Positions 32,004 through 41,186 of a stretch of 64,000 nucleotides of DNA are shown one piece after another; within the stretch, counting starts at the first letter, position 1; each line of letters starts with the position of its first letter. The translations under genes were made by a program, and so were the position numbers. The notes beneath the pieces are model-generated. The model worked only from the letters and a program-made list of their open reading frames with translations. It ran no database searches and was not told the origin of the DNA. The stretch spans positions 280,635 to 344,634 of the IMG/VR virus record IMGVR_UViG_3300022868_000009. One strand, given 5' to 3'.

Positions 32004-32210
32004 ATGTGGATAACAATTGGAATAATAATAGGATTAGTAATAGGTGGTTGGTTAGGATATCAGGCTTGTATGGCAAAATATAGACCTACAGAATTACTTA
32101 AATTAGCAAAAATACAAACTGAAATGATTTCAGGTGAAATAACACCGGAAAAGGCTTTAAAAGAGATACATCAAATTGAAATTGAACACCCTGAATTGAA
32201 AAAGAAATGA
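32004..32210 (+). CDS. Small membrane protein
   Basis: N-terminal TM (ITIGIIIGLVIGGWLGY). Confidence 0.7.
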   Translation: MWITIGIIIGLVIGGWLGYQACMAKYRPTELLKLAKIQTEMISGEITPEKALKEIHQIEIEHPELKKK

Positions 32211-32530
32211 AAAAGTATAAATTTATAACAGAAAGTGATTATGGTGATTTGCAACTCATCATTTATTTTGAAGATAGAGATGAATCTATTAAAGTTCAAA
32301 ATGAAATGATAGAACGTGGTTATTTAAAAATCACAGAGACAAATACACAAGATAAAGATTTATATCCATTTTCTGTTTGGTTTGAACCTAAAAATAAAAT
32401 AATGAATGGTGGTCAAAAGAATTCTGAATATATGTTAAGGTATGGTAGATCATTACATTCTGATATATTTATGGAGTATATAGATAATCTGGAAGCATTA
32501 TTTGAGTCTTTAAAAATGGGTTTGTTATAA
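32207..32530 (+). CDS. Hypothetical, C-tag (ESLKMGLL)
   Basis: ORF track. Confidence 0.8.
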   Translation: MKKYKFITESDYGDLQLIIYFEDRDESIKVQNEMIERGYLKITETNTQDKDLYPFSVWFEPKNKIMNGGQKNSEYMLRYGRSLHSDIFMEYIDNLEALFESLKMGLL

Positions 32531-32565
32531 TTTTTAACTTTTGAACAAAGTCCGTATATTTGTAT

Positions 32566-32651
32566 TATCATTAACGGTTACATGTGTCCAACGACACCTT
32601 GCAAGAGCGTAATAAGCGATGTCCAGTGTTCGATTCCCTGGTAGTGGTACA
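32566..32651 (+). ncRNA. Atypical tRNA-like RNA
   Basis: Own promoter; tatcatta/tagtggta terminal stem; TTCGATT T-loop; non-canonical D/anticodon region. Confidence 0.45.
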
Positions 32652-32770
32652 AAAATCACAAAGAAAACAAAACACAAGTATATTTTTTATTTAGGAAGGA
32701 AGTCCGTATATTTGTATAACAATAAAGAAAAATAATAATATTAATTTAAAATCTATAGGAGGATATAAAA

Positions 32771-33007
32771 ATGGCAAGAGAAAAATTAGGTAAAGTAGTA
32801 GGACAAGTTGGTGGATTCAGAATCAGAATGGAAATGAAAAATATCCAAAAAATTGAAACAGACAGATTTGGTAGAAGAAAAGTAACTGAATCTAAAAGAT
32901 GTTTCACCGGAAAATACGGAGTTTACGCAGGTAGAAACCTTTGTAAAAATGGTCTAACCAAAGAAAAAGCAATTCAATACGCAAAATCGTATAACAAAGA
33001 AAATTAG
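32771..33007 (+). CDS. Small basic hypothetical protein
   Basis: Promoter and AGGAGG; biased codons. Confidence 0.75.
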   Translation: MAREKLGKVVGQVGGFRIRMEMKNIQKIETDRFGRRKVTESKRCFTGKYGVYAGRNLCKNGLTKEKAIQYAKSYNKEN

Positions 33008-33090
33008 AGCTCCCAGTTGGAGATTCGTTCCTCAAGGTTGAAAGGTCTTGAGGGACGTCTTAATTATAATAATAATTATTAAAAATATAT

Positions 33091-33163
33091 GTATCATTAG
33101 CTCAGTTGGTAGAGCTTCTGCCTTTTAAGCAGAAAGTCCAGGGTTCGAGTCCCCGATGGTATA
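33091..33163 (+). tRNA. tRNA-Lys(UUU)
   Basis: Cloverleaf; tctgc-cTTTTaa-gcaga. Confidence 0.9.
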
Positions 33164-33198
33164 CACAATGTAACCTCCTTTCACATTGAATTAGTACT

Positions 33199-33227
33199 TC
33201 CCCACCCGAACAGGTGGGGATTTTTTT
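33199..33227 (+). terminator. Intrinsic terminator
   Basis: tccccacc-gaaca-ggtgggga followed by T-run. Confidence 0.85.
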
Positions 33228-33243
33228 TATTAGAAGGATTGTT

Positions 33244-33519
33244 GTATCTTTGTATTAGTATAAATTTTAAAAAAGGAGAAAAAAATGAATGAATTAACAA
33301 AATTTATTGAATATTTAGAAAAAACTGATATTGAGGATTTTAAACATCCTGAACAGATTAAAGAATATATTATTGGTATATGTAAATCAATTAAAAAAGA
33401 TATTATTGATTTTCATCCAATGATGGAGGATACGGAATAGGGTTTTTTAAATCAGAACAAATTCCGTATCTTTGTATTAATATAAATTTTAAAAAAGGAG
33501 AAAAAAATGAATGAATTAA
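33244..33519 (+). repeat. About 54-bp direct repeat of promoter + SD + first codons (33244-33297 and 33466-33519)
   Basis: gtatctttgtatta.tataaattttaaaaaaggagaaaaaaatgaatgaatta twice. Confidence 0.9.
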
Positions 33520-33619
33520 ACAAAATAGCAATAAATTTTATAAATATTATAAACACAATTAGTATAGACGCATTTACATTATATATGTATATTGGGTTTT
33601 TCATATAGGAGAAATTAAA

Positions 33620-33853
33620 ATGATAGTAAGTATAAGAATAAATAACTGGGAAGATTATTTCAAAATTAAGAAATATCTAATATCACTCAATTTTAAGTGG
33701 TTTAGGACAACCTATAGCCCAAAATTTGATTTAATTATACACTTATCAAGTGGTAAATTATCATATGATCCAAGAATGAATAAAAATGATAATTATGAAT
33801 ATGCTACTGTAAAAGAAATTATAAGTAAAGGATTCGGATCTTTTATTTTTTAG
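33620..33853 (+). CDS. Hypothetical protein (core resembles tagged family, no clear tag)
   Basis: I.I...EDY..I..YL.SL.FKW. Confidence 0.65.
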   Translation: MIVSIRINNWEDYFKIKKYLISLNFKWFRTTYSPKFDLIIHLSSGKLSYDPRMNKNDNYEYATVKEIISKGFGSFIF

Positions 33854-33877
33854 AAGATAATCCGTATATTTGTATTG

Positions 33878-34418
33878 ACACAAGCAGAAACAGGATTGGT
33901 CGAATTGCCTGTGTTCTTCGGAACAAACTCGTTACCTATGCTTTTTTCCTAGAGGTTGGGCGAATTAATAACAATAAACTAGGCGCCGGACAATGCGATA
34001 TTGTATGATTTTTAAGTAGTGAAATAAGAACTAACTTGGCTCTCTAACCAGATAGAGTGACTTTCGTAAGATGTTTGAAAGAAAACTATCTAGACTTTTA
34101 TGTTTCAAGATAACCGGTAATGGAATTAAAAAGTTGCTAACACACAACGCGACAAGGCTTTGTCGCGTGAGATAGATATTCAAGGTAGGAGGTATTAGAT
34201 ACACCGTCTGGACTACAAGTTTGGAAATCAACAAAGTGGTGGGATGCGAGTGGTTGACCAGTGTTAGAATTAAAGAAGCAGGTTCGAATCCTGTGAATAT
34301 GGATATAGAAAACAAAGGAGGGTTAATATTCGAGATAGAATGGCTCTAGCTTCGGCAGAGTATCGCCTCAGAAATTAAATGAACGGCTATGCTAAATAGC
34401 TTCAGTACTTTAATCGAG
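33878..34418 (+). ncRNA. Large (~540 nt) structured non-coding RNA candidate
   Basis: Promoter at ~33861, terminator at 34419, GC-richer, no + strand ORF, cTTCGg hairpins, cgcgaca/tgtcgcg stem, T-loop hairpin. Confidence 0.65.
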
Positions 34419-34452
34419 AAGCCCAATAGGAAATTACTATTGGGCTTTTTTT
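34419..34452 (+). terminator. Intrinsic terminator
   Basis: aagcccaatag...ctattgggctt followed by T-run. Confidence 0.9.
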
Positions 34453-34483
34453 ATTTGAATAATCTCCGTATATTTGTACTATC

Positions 34484-34537
34484 AAAAGGCGGAGTTTTAA
34501 AAGAACCCCGAAGAGTAGACTCCAATTTGCGTTATAT
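34484..34537 (+). ncRNA. Repeated small structured RNA, copy 2
   Basis: aaaaggcggag-gttttaaaagaac-cccgaagagtagactccaatttgcg after promoter. Confidence 0.6.
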
Positions 34538-34723
34538 ATTATATAACATTTTTTAATTCAGAATATTATTAGTATCTTTGTATTATAAATATAAAATTAG
34601 AAATTATAATTACATATTTTTTCTCTTTGAAAAAATTGGGAGGAATTTTTAATTTAAGAAAAATTTCCGTATATTTGTAGTATTAAAATGTTTAGTATAA
34701 ATTAAATAAAAAACTGAAAAAAT

Positions 34724-35368
34724 ATGGCAAAAGAAAAAAAGATTGAAGAAAAAATAGTGGAAAAATTATTAACATCTAAGAAGAAATTAGAAACAGGCAA
34801 ATGGCTTTATAGAGGATTTGTAGTTGAAAAAAATGGATCAAAATGGGTGGCTAAAGTTCACGAAGGTTCTAATATTGTTGAAGAAAAATCTGATTCTGTT
34901 GTTGATGAATTGATGACATCAGCTAAAAATATTTGTATTAGTATTGATAAGGTTTTAGGTGATTTAACAGATTCAGAAAAAACTAAACCGAAAAGAGCAA
35001 TAAAATCAAAAGCATCAAGACTTAAAGATAAAGATGAAAAAGCTAAATATATTGAAAGAGCGCAAAGAGTAGCTTATGACATTAGAAATGGTTTACAAGT
35101 ATTATCATTTCTTAATAAGAAAAAATTAAAAGATAATCTTTTAAGTGATGCTCCGAATATGAGAAAAACATTATCTAATGGTTATAGATTAGGATGGGAA
35201 AATGGTTGTTTATATAATGTACCAGAAATAACTGATGAAATTAAAGCAATCATAGAAAAGGACAAAGAGTTTATTGAAGAATTAAAAGTGAAACATGAAG
35301 ATTTAAACATATCATTTGGTATGGAAGATAATAAAATTGATATAGAAGTAACTTATAAAGAAAAATAA
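34724..35368 (+). CDS. Hypothetical protein
   Basis: 214 aa, own promoter and terminator. Confidence 0.8.
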   Translation: MAKEKKIEEKIVEKLLTSKKKLETGKWLYRGFVVEKNGSKWVAKVHEGSNIVEEKSDSVVDELMTSAKNICISIDKVLGDLTDSEKTKPKRAIKSKASRLKDKDEKAKYIERAQRVAYDIRNGLQVLSFLNKKKLKDNLLSDAPNMRKTLSNGYRLGWENGCLYNVPEITDEIKAIIEKDKEFIEELKVKHEDLNISFGMEDNKIDIEVTYKEK

Positions 35369-35386
35369 TCTCAATCTTTTTAATAT

Positions 35387-35416
35387 AAACCCCAGTTAAT
35401 CGACTGGGGTTTTTTT
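35387..35416 (+). terminator. Intrinsic terminator
   Basis: aaaccccagt...actggggttt followed by T-run. Confidence 0.9.
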
Positions 35417-35475
35417 ATTTTAAATACTTTCCGTATATTTGTATAACGAAATTAATAATTAAAAAGGAGGAAAAA

Positions 35476-35838
35476 ATGACAACATTATTATTTATAAAAA
35501 TATTAATAATTATAATGATTTTAGTAATGGGATTTATATCAGTTAGAATATGGGTTAAGCAAGTTAAATTGTTTAATAAGAGAAATAAAATGATTGCTGA
35601 TAAAAAATTAAAAACTGAAAACTATATCAAAGAAAGAACTGAATTCTTTAAGAAAAATATTGATGAGTTTGAAATAGATGAAGTCGTTAAAGAAAAAGCA
35701 TTTAACTTTGAAGCAATTATATTAGATAAAACAGCAAACAGTCTTTTTGTTCACACAAAGAAAAGAAAACCAGAAGGAACTGATTGTACAGGATGGTTTT
35801 CTATTGATGATTTCAACAGAAGATTTAAAAAACAATAA
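35476..35838 (+). CDS. Membrane-anchored hypothetical protein
   Basis: N-terminal TM, SD upstream. Confidence 0.75.
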   Translation: MTTLLFIKILIIIMILVMGFISVRIWVKQVKLFNKRNKMIADKKLKTENYIKERTEFFKKNIDEFEIDEVVKEKAFNFEAIILDKTANSLFVHTKKRKPEGTDCTGWFSIDDFNRRFKKQ

Positions 35839-35921
35839 TAATAATTAAAATTAAAACTAGAAACTATGAAAAATTATGAAATTGAAGATGATAGAGTAAT
35901 GTTCTAAAAACATTGAAACAT

Positions 35922-35993
35922 GGTCCGTTCGTCTATTGCGAAGGACGTTGGGTTTTCAGCCCAGAAAGAGGGGTTCGATTCCCCTACGGACTA
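35922..35993 (+). tRNA. tRNA-Glu(UUC)
   Basis: Cloverleaf; ttggg-ttTTCag-cccag. Confidence 0.9.
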
Positions 35994-36000
35994 CTAAATT

Positions 36001-36084
36001 GGGTAGGTATGCAAGAGGCTAAAGCAGGCGGTCTGTAAAACCGTTACGTAAGATCTACCGGTGGTTCAAATCCATCTCTACCCA
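36001..36084 (+). tRNA. tRNA-Tyr(GUA)
   Basis: gcggt-ctGTAaa-accgt, long variable arm. Confidence 0.9.
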
Positions 36085-36091
36085 CACATAT

Positions 36092-36167
36092 CTAGATGTT
36101 CCTCCAGCCAGGCATAGGGGCGTGACTTGGACTCACGTGTTCACAGGTTCGAATCCTGTCATTTAGA
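36092..36167 (+). tRNA. tRNA-Pro(UGG), atypical D arm
   Basis: cgtga-ctTGGac-tcacg; C1-G72, A73. Confidence 0.8.
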
Positions 36168-36176
36168 CTAAAATAT

Positions 36177-36250
36177 TGTGATGTAGCTCAGCTAGGTAGA
36201 GCACCAGATTGAAGATCTGGGTGTCGGTGGTTCAAATCCATCTATCACAA
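36177..36250 (+). tRNA. tRNA-Phe(GAA)
   Basis: ccaga-ttGAAga-tctgg. Confidence 0.9.
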
Positions 36251-36256
36251 CAAAAT

Positions 36257-36331
36257 GCCTTTATGATGTAAAGGATAGCATAAAAGTTTTCTAAACTTTT
36301 CGTCTAGGTTCGAATCCTAGTAAGGGTACCA
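36257..36331 (+). tRNA. tRNA-Arg(UCU)
   Basis: aaagt-ttTCTaa-acttt; encoded CCA. Confidence 0.88.
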
Positions 36332-36440
36332 ATATCAAAATAAATTACAAATTATTGAATACTATTTTTAGTTTAAGAAAAATATTCGTATATTTGTATT
36401 ATAATTAAATTAAAAATTAAACTAATAGGAGGAAAATAAA

Positions 36441-36593
36441 ATGGCAATTAAAAGATGTACTTGTAAAAATGAATTTCAAGATGAGAAATATGGTAAAGGA
36501 AAAAGAGTATTTACTCAATCTAGCGTACCTAAAGAAGGTGGAACCGCAAAAGAAGGTAAATCAAGATGTACTGTATGTGGATCAACAAAATAA
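36441..36593 (+). CDS. 50-aa Zn-ribbon protein missed by the ORF track
   Basis: MAIKRCTCKNEFQDEKYGKGKRV...RCTVCGSTK; promoter and AGGAGG upstream. Confidence 0.8.
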   Translation: MAIKRCTCKNEFQDEKYGKGKRVFTQSSVPKEGGTAKEGKSRCTVCGSTK

Positions 36594-36685
36594 TACGAAT
36601 TATTTTTTATTTAAGTATAAAGTTCGTATGTATAACAATTAAACAATTAAATTATTTATTAATAACACTAAAACAAAAAATTAAA

Positions 36686-37000
36686 ATGGCAAACAAAAAA
36701 GACTTAACAAACGCAATCGCTTTAGCAACAGGTAAAACTAAAAAATCAAGTAAAGACCTAGTTGATGTTATCATGGCATCTATTAAAGCTGAATTATCAA
36801 ATGGTGAAGGTTCAATCGTGAAATTAGTTAATTTCGGAACATTCAAAGTAGTAAACAGAAAAGCAAGAAAAGGTAGAAACCCTAGAACTGGTGAATCAAT
36901 CAACATACCTTCAAAAAATGTTGTTAGATTTAAAGCTGGTAAAGCATTGAAAGAAGCAGTTGATTATACTGCCGAAGAAAGAGAAGAATTAGGACTATAA
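36686..37000 (+). CDS. hup: HU-family DNA-binding protein, copy 2 (start corrected)
   Basis: Near-identical to 28696 protein. Confidence 0.95.
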   Translation: MANKKDLTNAIALATGKTKKSSKDLVDVIMASIKAELSNGEGSIVKLVNFGTFKVVNRKARKGRNPRTGESINIPSKNVVRFKAGKALKEAVDYTAEEREELGL

Positions 37001-37017
37001 TCTACTCAAACATAAAG

Positions 37018-37049
37018 AAAACCCTGACTTTGACGGTCAGGGTTTTTTT
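37018..37049 (+). terminator. Intrinsic terminator
   Basis: aaaaccctgac...gtcagggtttt. Confidence 0.9.
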
Positions 37050-37092
37050 ATGTAGAATAATTTTCGTATCTTTGTATTAAGTAAAATTAATT

Positions 37093-37467
37093 ATGAACCT
37101 ATTTAAAATAAAAATTATGGGAAAAAAAGAAAAAAAACAAATAGGCTTTAAACAAAATTATCAAATTGAAGCTGACAAATTAAAAGAAGAACCAAAAGAA
37201 GAAGAAAATATAAATAAAGAAGAAGAAAAAGGTCAAGCTGCACTTGAAGCAATGGCTAAACTTACCGGACAATTTCAAATGTCTACAAATGAAATATTAA
37301 TATCAACAAAATTAAAAATGTATGTAGATTTAATTAAATCAGAAGAATTCATAATAAAAACATTAGAAGAAAAAGAAGCATTTATAGGTGAATTGTTATT
37401 TTTACAATCATTAAGCACAGAAATGACCACATTAAAATCACAAATGCAATCAGTTATAAACAAATAA
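37093..37467 (+). CDS. Hypothetical protein
   Basis: Promoter upstream. Confidence 0.7.
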   Translation: MNLFKIKIMGKKEKKQIGFKQNYQIEADKLKEEPKEEENINKEEEKGQAALEAMAKLTGQFQMSTNEILISTKLKMYVDLIKSEEFIIKTLEEKEAFIGELLFLQSLSTEMTTLKSQMQSVINK

Positions 37468-37480
37468 AAAAGGGAAAATT

Positions 37481-37690
37481 ATGTTATCAAAAGAAGAATT
37501 TAAATCGCTAGAAGAAACAAAATTACTTGCGTCTAATGTTAAAAAAATGTTAAATGATGATTGCGAATTATTTATCAAATACACAAACGAACCAACAGGT
37601 AAAATTAAACAATTATTGAAAAGAACTAAAGATCCTTATTTAGAGTTTATTTTAAATAATGTTTTACAAACAAGATATGGAAAGAAGTAA
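37481..37690 (+). CDS. Hypothetical protein
   Basis: ORF track. Confidence 0.65.
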   Translation: MLSKEEFKSLEETKLLASNVKKMLNDDCELFIKYTNEPTGKIKQLLKRTKDPYLEFILNNVLQTRYGKK

Positions 37691-37758
37691 TTTTTTTTAT
37701 CTTTTGAAGAATATCCGTATATTTGTATATTGTTAAACTAAAAAAGGAGGAAATTAAT

Positions 37759-38025
37759 ATGGCACGTAAAATAAATTGGAATAAAAATAAAGCTAAATCA
37801 GAAATTAAAAAAAATGTAGAAATTGTATCTGAAAAGAAAACTATTAAATTTGCTTATAAAATTGGATTAATCAAACGAAAAGGTGGTATAACATCTTATA
37901 ACGCAATTGATAAAGACGCAATGGAAACCAAAGTATTGGAAATAATGGAAAAAGATAATTATAAGAAAATCCTAGTTTTAAACAATAAAACCAGAGAACG
38001 TAAAGTATATTTATCAGAATTATAA
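37759..38025 (+). CDS. Basic hypothetical protein (start corrected)
   Basis: AGGAGG before ATG 37759. Confidence 0.75.
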   Translation: MARKINWNKNKAKSEIKKNVEIVSEKKTIKFAYKIGLIKRKGGITSYNAIDKDAMETKVLEIMEKDNYKKILVLNNKTRERKVYLSEL

Positions 38026-38123
38026 TTATAATATAATTTTTTACCTGGAATATTATCCGTATATTTATATCAACAAACAACAATTAAATTATTTATTAAC
38101 TAACATTAAAACAAAAAATTAAA

Positions 38124-38336
38124 ATGCCAAACATCAAAAAATGTAAAATAGGAGAATTTGTACAAATCATCACTAATGGACAAGCGAACCGTAGAGGTCG
38201 TATAGTATCTAAAACAGAGAAACGAGTTTATTGTTTCATCATGGAAGGTGGAAAATATTTACGTGACGAGAATGGTCGTGAAAAACGTTTTTTAGTTAAC
38301 CCTACAAACATTAAGTTTTACAACTCAGCAGAGTAA
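38124..38336 (+). CDS. Small basic beta-barrel-like hypothetical protein
   Basis: Shares 5' leader with HU copy 2. Confidence 0.75.
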   Translation: MPNIKKCKIGEFVQIITNGQANRRGRIVSKTEKRVYCFIMEGGKYLRDENGREKRFLVNPTNIKFYNSAE

Positions 38337-38378
38337 AAGAAAAAAGAGAACCTCCATTTAATTGGAGGTTCTTTACAT

Positions 38379-38449
38379 TGACCCATGGTATAATGGTAGT
38401 ATACCTGCCTTTGAAGTAGGTGGTTTTGGTTCGAATCCTGATAGGTCAA
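38379..38449 (+). tRNA. tRNA-Gln(UUG)
   Basis: cctgc-ctTTGaa-gtagg. Confidence 0.85.
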
Positions 38450-38838
38450 CAATTATTAACTTTAAAAAATTTAAAATATGGATATTTGTATAATAATAAT
38501 ATCACTTTTATTTATATTATGTAACGTTTTTGTTTTAGGATATTATTTTGAAAGAAATAAATCTAAAAAGGTGTCTTATTACAAATGTTTTATTGAGTGT
38601 TTAGAATTGTTTAAATATTTTTAACCCGAAAAACCATAGTTCGTTTTTTATACACCTAATTAATAACATGAAACAAAATGTGGGTACAAACCTTATATAA
38701 TAAAAGATATGGGTGGTTATGATAAAGACTTTGTTGAAAAAGAATTTGAAAACTTTAAAAATATTTTTTAATTAAGAAACAAAATCGTATATTTGTTCTA
38801 TAATAGAAAATGAAAGATATAAGAATCCAAAAATATAT

Positions 38839-38910
38839 TGCGAGGTGGAGCAGGGGTAGCTCGCTAGGCTCATAACCTAGAGGCCGTCGGTTCAAATCCG
38901 ACTCTCGCTA
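38839..38910 (+). tRNA. tRNA-Met(CAU), initiator-like
   Basis: ctagg-ctCATaa-cctag; mismatched 1:72 pair; fMet-like D arm. Confidence 0.88.
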
Positions 38911-38968
38911 CTAAGTAGGTCTATATGGCTTACCGAATATGTCTCTTAACACTACGGTGTTCAAAAGG

Positions 38969-38992
38969 AAAAGCCCGATAAGGGCTTTTTTT
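38969..38992 (+). terminator. Intrinsic terminator
   Basis: aaaagccc-gataa-gggctttt. Confidence 0.85.
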
Positions 38993-39045
38993 ATTGGAAT
39001 ATATTCCGTATATTTGTATAGTTAAAATAAAAAGTAAAAAGTATT

Positions 39046-40029
39046 ATGGAAAGAAAATTAGCAACAATAGCAAAAATTAATGACATCAACCCTATTAAAG
39101 GAGCTGATGTAATTGAAGTAGCTACTATTCGAGGATGGAAAGTTGTAGTTAAAAAAGATGAATTCAAAATTGGAGATCTTTGTGTGTATTGTGAAATAGA
39201 CTCAGTTATGCCTCCAAAAGAAGAATTTAAATTCCTAGAAAATAAAAAATATAGGATTAAAACTATTAAACTCAGAGGACAAGTATCTCAAGGTATAGCA
39301 TTTCCATTGTCTATTTTACCATTAGGTTGGCACTCAATTATAGATCAAGATGTAACAGAACTTCTTGAAGTAATTAAATGGGAACCAGTAATACCAGCTT
39401 GTTTAGCAGGTAAAATAAAAGGTCTTTTTCCTTCTCATTCTCTAAAAACAGATGAAGAAAGAATACAAAATCTTATTGAAGAATTTCCTAATTTAAAAAC
39501 TAAAACATATATAGCAACAGAAAAACTTGATGGTTCTTCTGCAACATTTTATCTTAAAGATAATATATTTGGTGTATGTTCTAGAAACTTAGATATATTA
39601 GAAGATGATACTAATTCATTTTGGAAAGTAGCAAGAGAATTGAAAATCGAAGAATTAATGAGAGAAAATGGTCTTGATAATTATAACCTCCAAGGAGAAC
39701 TTATTGGAGAAGGTATACAAAAAAACAAATATAAAATCAAAGGACAAACAGTAAGATTCTTTAGAATGTTTAATATTAAAACACATTCATTTATAAATTA
39801 TAGTGACTTTATTTTATTAATTAAAGCAATGGAATTACAAACTGTTCCTATTGTAGAAGTTAATTTAGAACTACCTGAAACAATAGATGAACTTCTTAAA
39901 TATGCTGAAGGATTATCAAAACTTAATAAAAATATACAAAGAGAAGGTATTGTCTTTGTAGCTGAAGAAACAGAAGATAGAGAATCATTTAAAGTAATAT
40001 CAAATAAATTTTTATTGAAAAATGAATAA
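39046..40029 (+). CDS. RNA ligase, DRB0094/Rnl5 family
   Basis: RKLATIAKI..I.PI.GAD.IE, KTDEERIQN, TEKLDGSS, QGELIG, REGIV, FKVISNKFLL. Confidence 0.93.
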   Translation: MERKLATIAKINDINPIKGADVIEVATIRGWKVVVKKDEFKIGDLCVYCEIDSVMPPKEEFKFLENKKYRIKTIKLRGQVSQGIAFPLSILPLGWHSIIDQDVTELLEVIKWEPVIPACLAGKIKGLFPSHSLKTDEERIQNLIEEFPNLKTKTYIATEKLDGSSATFYLKDNIFGVCSRNLDILEDDTNSFWKVARELKIEELMRENGLDNYNLQGELIGEGIQKNKYKIKGQTVRFFRMFNIKTHSFINYSDFILLIKAMELQTVPIVEVNLELPETIDELLKYAEGLSKLNKNIQREGIVFVAEETEDRESFKVISNKFLLKNE

Positions 40030-40216
40030 AGAACTAGAATTAACAGGAAAACAAGTAAAACTCATATCAATGGATGACCCTTATACTAAATTGAAAAATG
40101 GAGATAAAGGTATAATAATCTTTGTCGATGATATAGGTCAAATACATGTACAATGGGACAATGGATCATCACTTGCATTAATACCAGGTGAAGATAAGTA
40201 TGAAATATTAGATTGA
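40022..40216 (+). CDS. DUF4314-like protein
   Basis: VKLISMDDPY..L..GD.G....VDDIGQIHVQWDNGSSLALIPGED. Confidence 0.85.
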   Translation: MNKELELTGKQVKLISMDDPYTKLKNGDKGIIIFVDDIGQIHVQWDNGSSLALIPGEDKYEILD

Positions 40217-40323
40217 TGGAACTTCCAGAAATGGGCGCTATTTCGAGCATAAGATGTGAATTGCCCTGATATCTCTGCAGACAAACCCCTATAAGGGGAG
40301 AGAAAATTAGCATTCTTCCATCA
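40214..40323 (+). ncRNA. About 110-nt structured RNA candidate
   Basis: tgatggaa/ttccatca closing stem, gggcg/tgccc, tctct..cccct-ata-agggg-agaga. Confidence 0.45.
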
Positions 40324-40362
40324 TTTTTAATCTTTGAATAATTTCCATATCTTTACATAAGT

Positions 40363-40416
40363 AAAGGGCGGGAATTTTTTAGGTTCTGGAAGAGTAGACT
40401 CTAATTTATGATATAT
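40363..40416 (+). ncRNA. Repeated small structured RNA, copy 3
   Basis: aaagggcgggaattttttaggttctggaagagtagactct after promoter. Confidence 0.55.
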
Positions 40417-40481
40417 TCACCCCAATTTTTTATATTCAATAATTATCCGTATATTTATACAAAATTAAAAAACCTAAAGAA

Positions 40482-40668
40482 ATGAAAAAAAAAATATTTA
40501 ACACAAAAATTAGAAGAATTAACAACTCGGACTTATAAATATAAAAGGACTAAACTTGATGTAATTATGTTTAAACTTAAAGAAGCATTAAGTAATGATG
40601 AATTGGCAGATCTATTAGAAATCAGATTAGTAGATATTTTAGAAGGACAGAAATTGGGTCTATTGTAA
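40482..40668 (+). pseudogene. C-tag gene remnant (ends EGQKLGLL)
   Basis: Promoter, ATG followed by an A-run, tag out of frame. Confidence 0.5.
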
Positions 40669-40725
40669 TTTTTAATTCTTGAAAGATATCCTTATCTTTG
40701 TATAAACAATTAAAGATAAAATATC

Positions 40726-40917
40726 ATGGCAAAAAGAAAAAGAAAAAGAACAAAAAAAATCAAAGAATTTAAAATAACTTTAGATGACTTTCTAAAAGCT
40801 AATCGTATAGGATCTAGAGAGGCAGAATTAGAACAAAATGGAACTGGTTGGAAATCTAATCGAAAAGCATATAAAAATAAAAAATCATATTCACGCAAAG
40901 ATAAACACAGAAATTAA
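40726..40917 (+). CDS. Small highly basic protein
   Basis: KANR.GSREAELE...GW......KNKK.Y.RK.KH. Confidence 0.75.
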   Translation: MAKRKRKRTKKIKEFKITLDDFLKANRIGSREAELEQNGTGWKSNRKAYKNKKSYSRKDKHRN

Positions 40918-41186
40918 TGGAATTCAATCAATTATCATATCAAATAATAGTTACGATGAATTAATGGAAGAACTTAAAGGTTTTATTGATTTTAAAGAAA
41001 ATGATAGTTTACGACCGAATATCGTGACTATAAACAAGATTTTAAAGCAACATGGGATCATTATGAAGTTTATAAACGTAAAGTTATATGGGATAGTAAT
41101 GATTATATATTTAATATGAATGAACAGTCTATTAAAGAAATAATTAATAAAATTAAAGAAATAATACCATATAAATTAAAACTATT

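Noticed and set aside
33164-33200. HDV-like (theta) ribozyme after tRNA-Lys
   Set aside because: Only a simple caatgt/acattg hairpin is visible; the nested double pseudoknot could not be built by eye.
34240-34300. A tRNA gene at the GGTTCGAATCC hairpin
   Set aside because: Only the T arm is present, with no matching acceptor or anticodon stems; treated as part of the larger ncRNA.
36566-36685. N-terminal extension on HU copy 2, and likewise on ORF 41850
   Set aside because: The extensions overlap the Zn-ribbon gene and tRNA-Leu respectively; true starts are 36686 and 41907.
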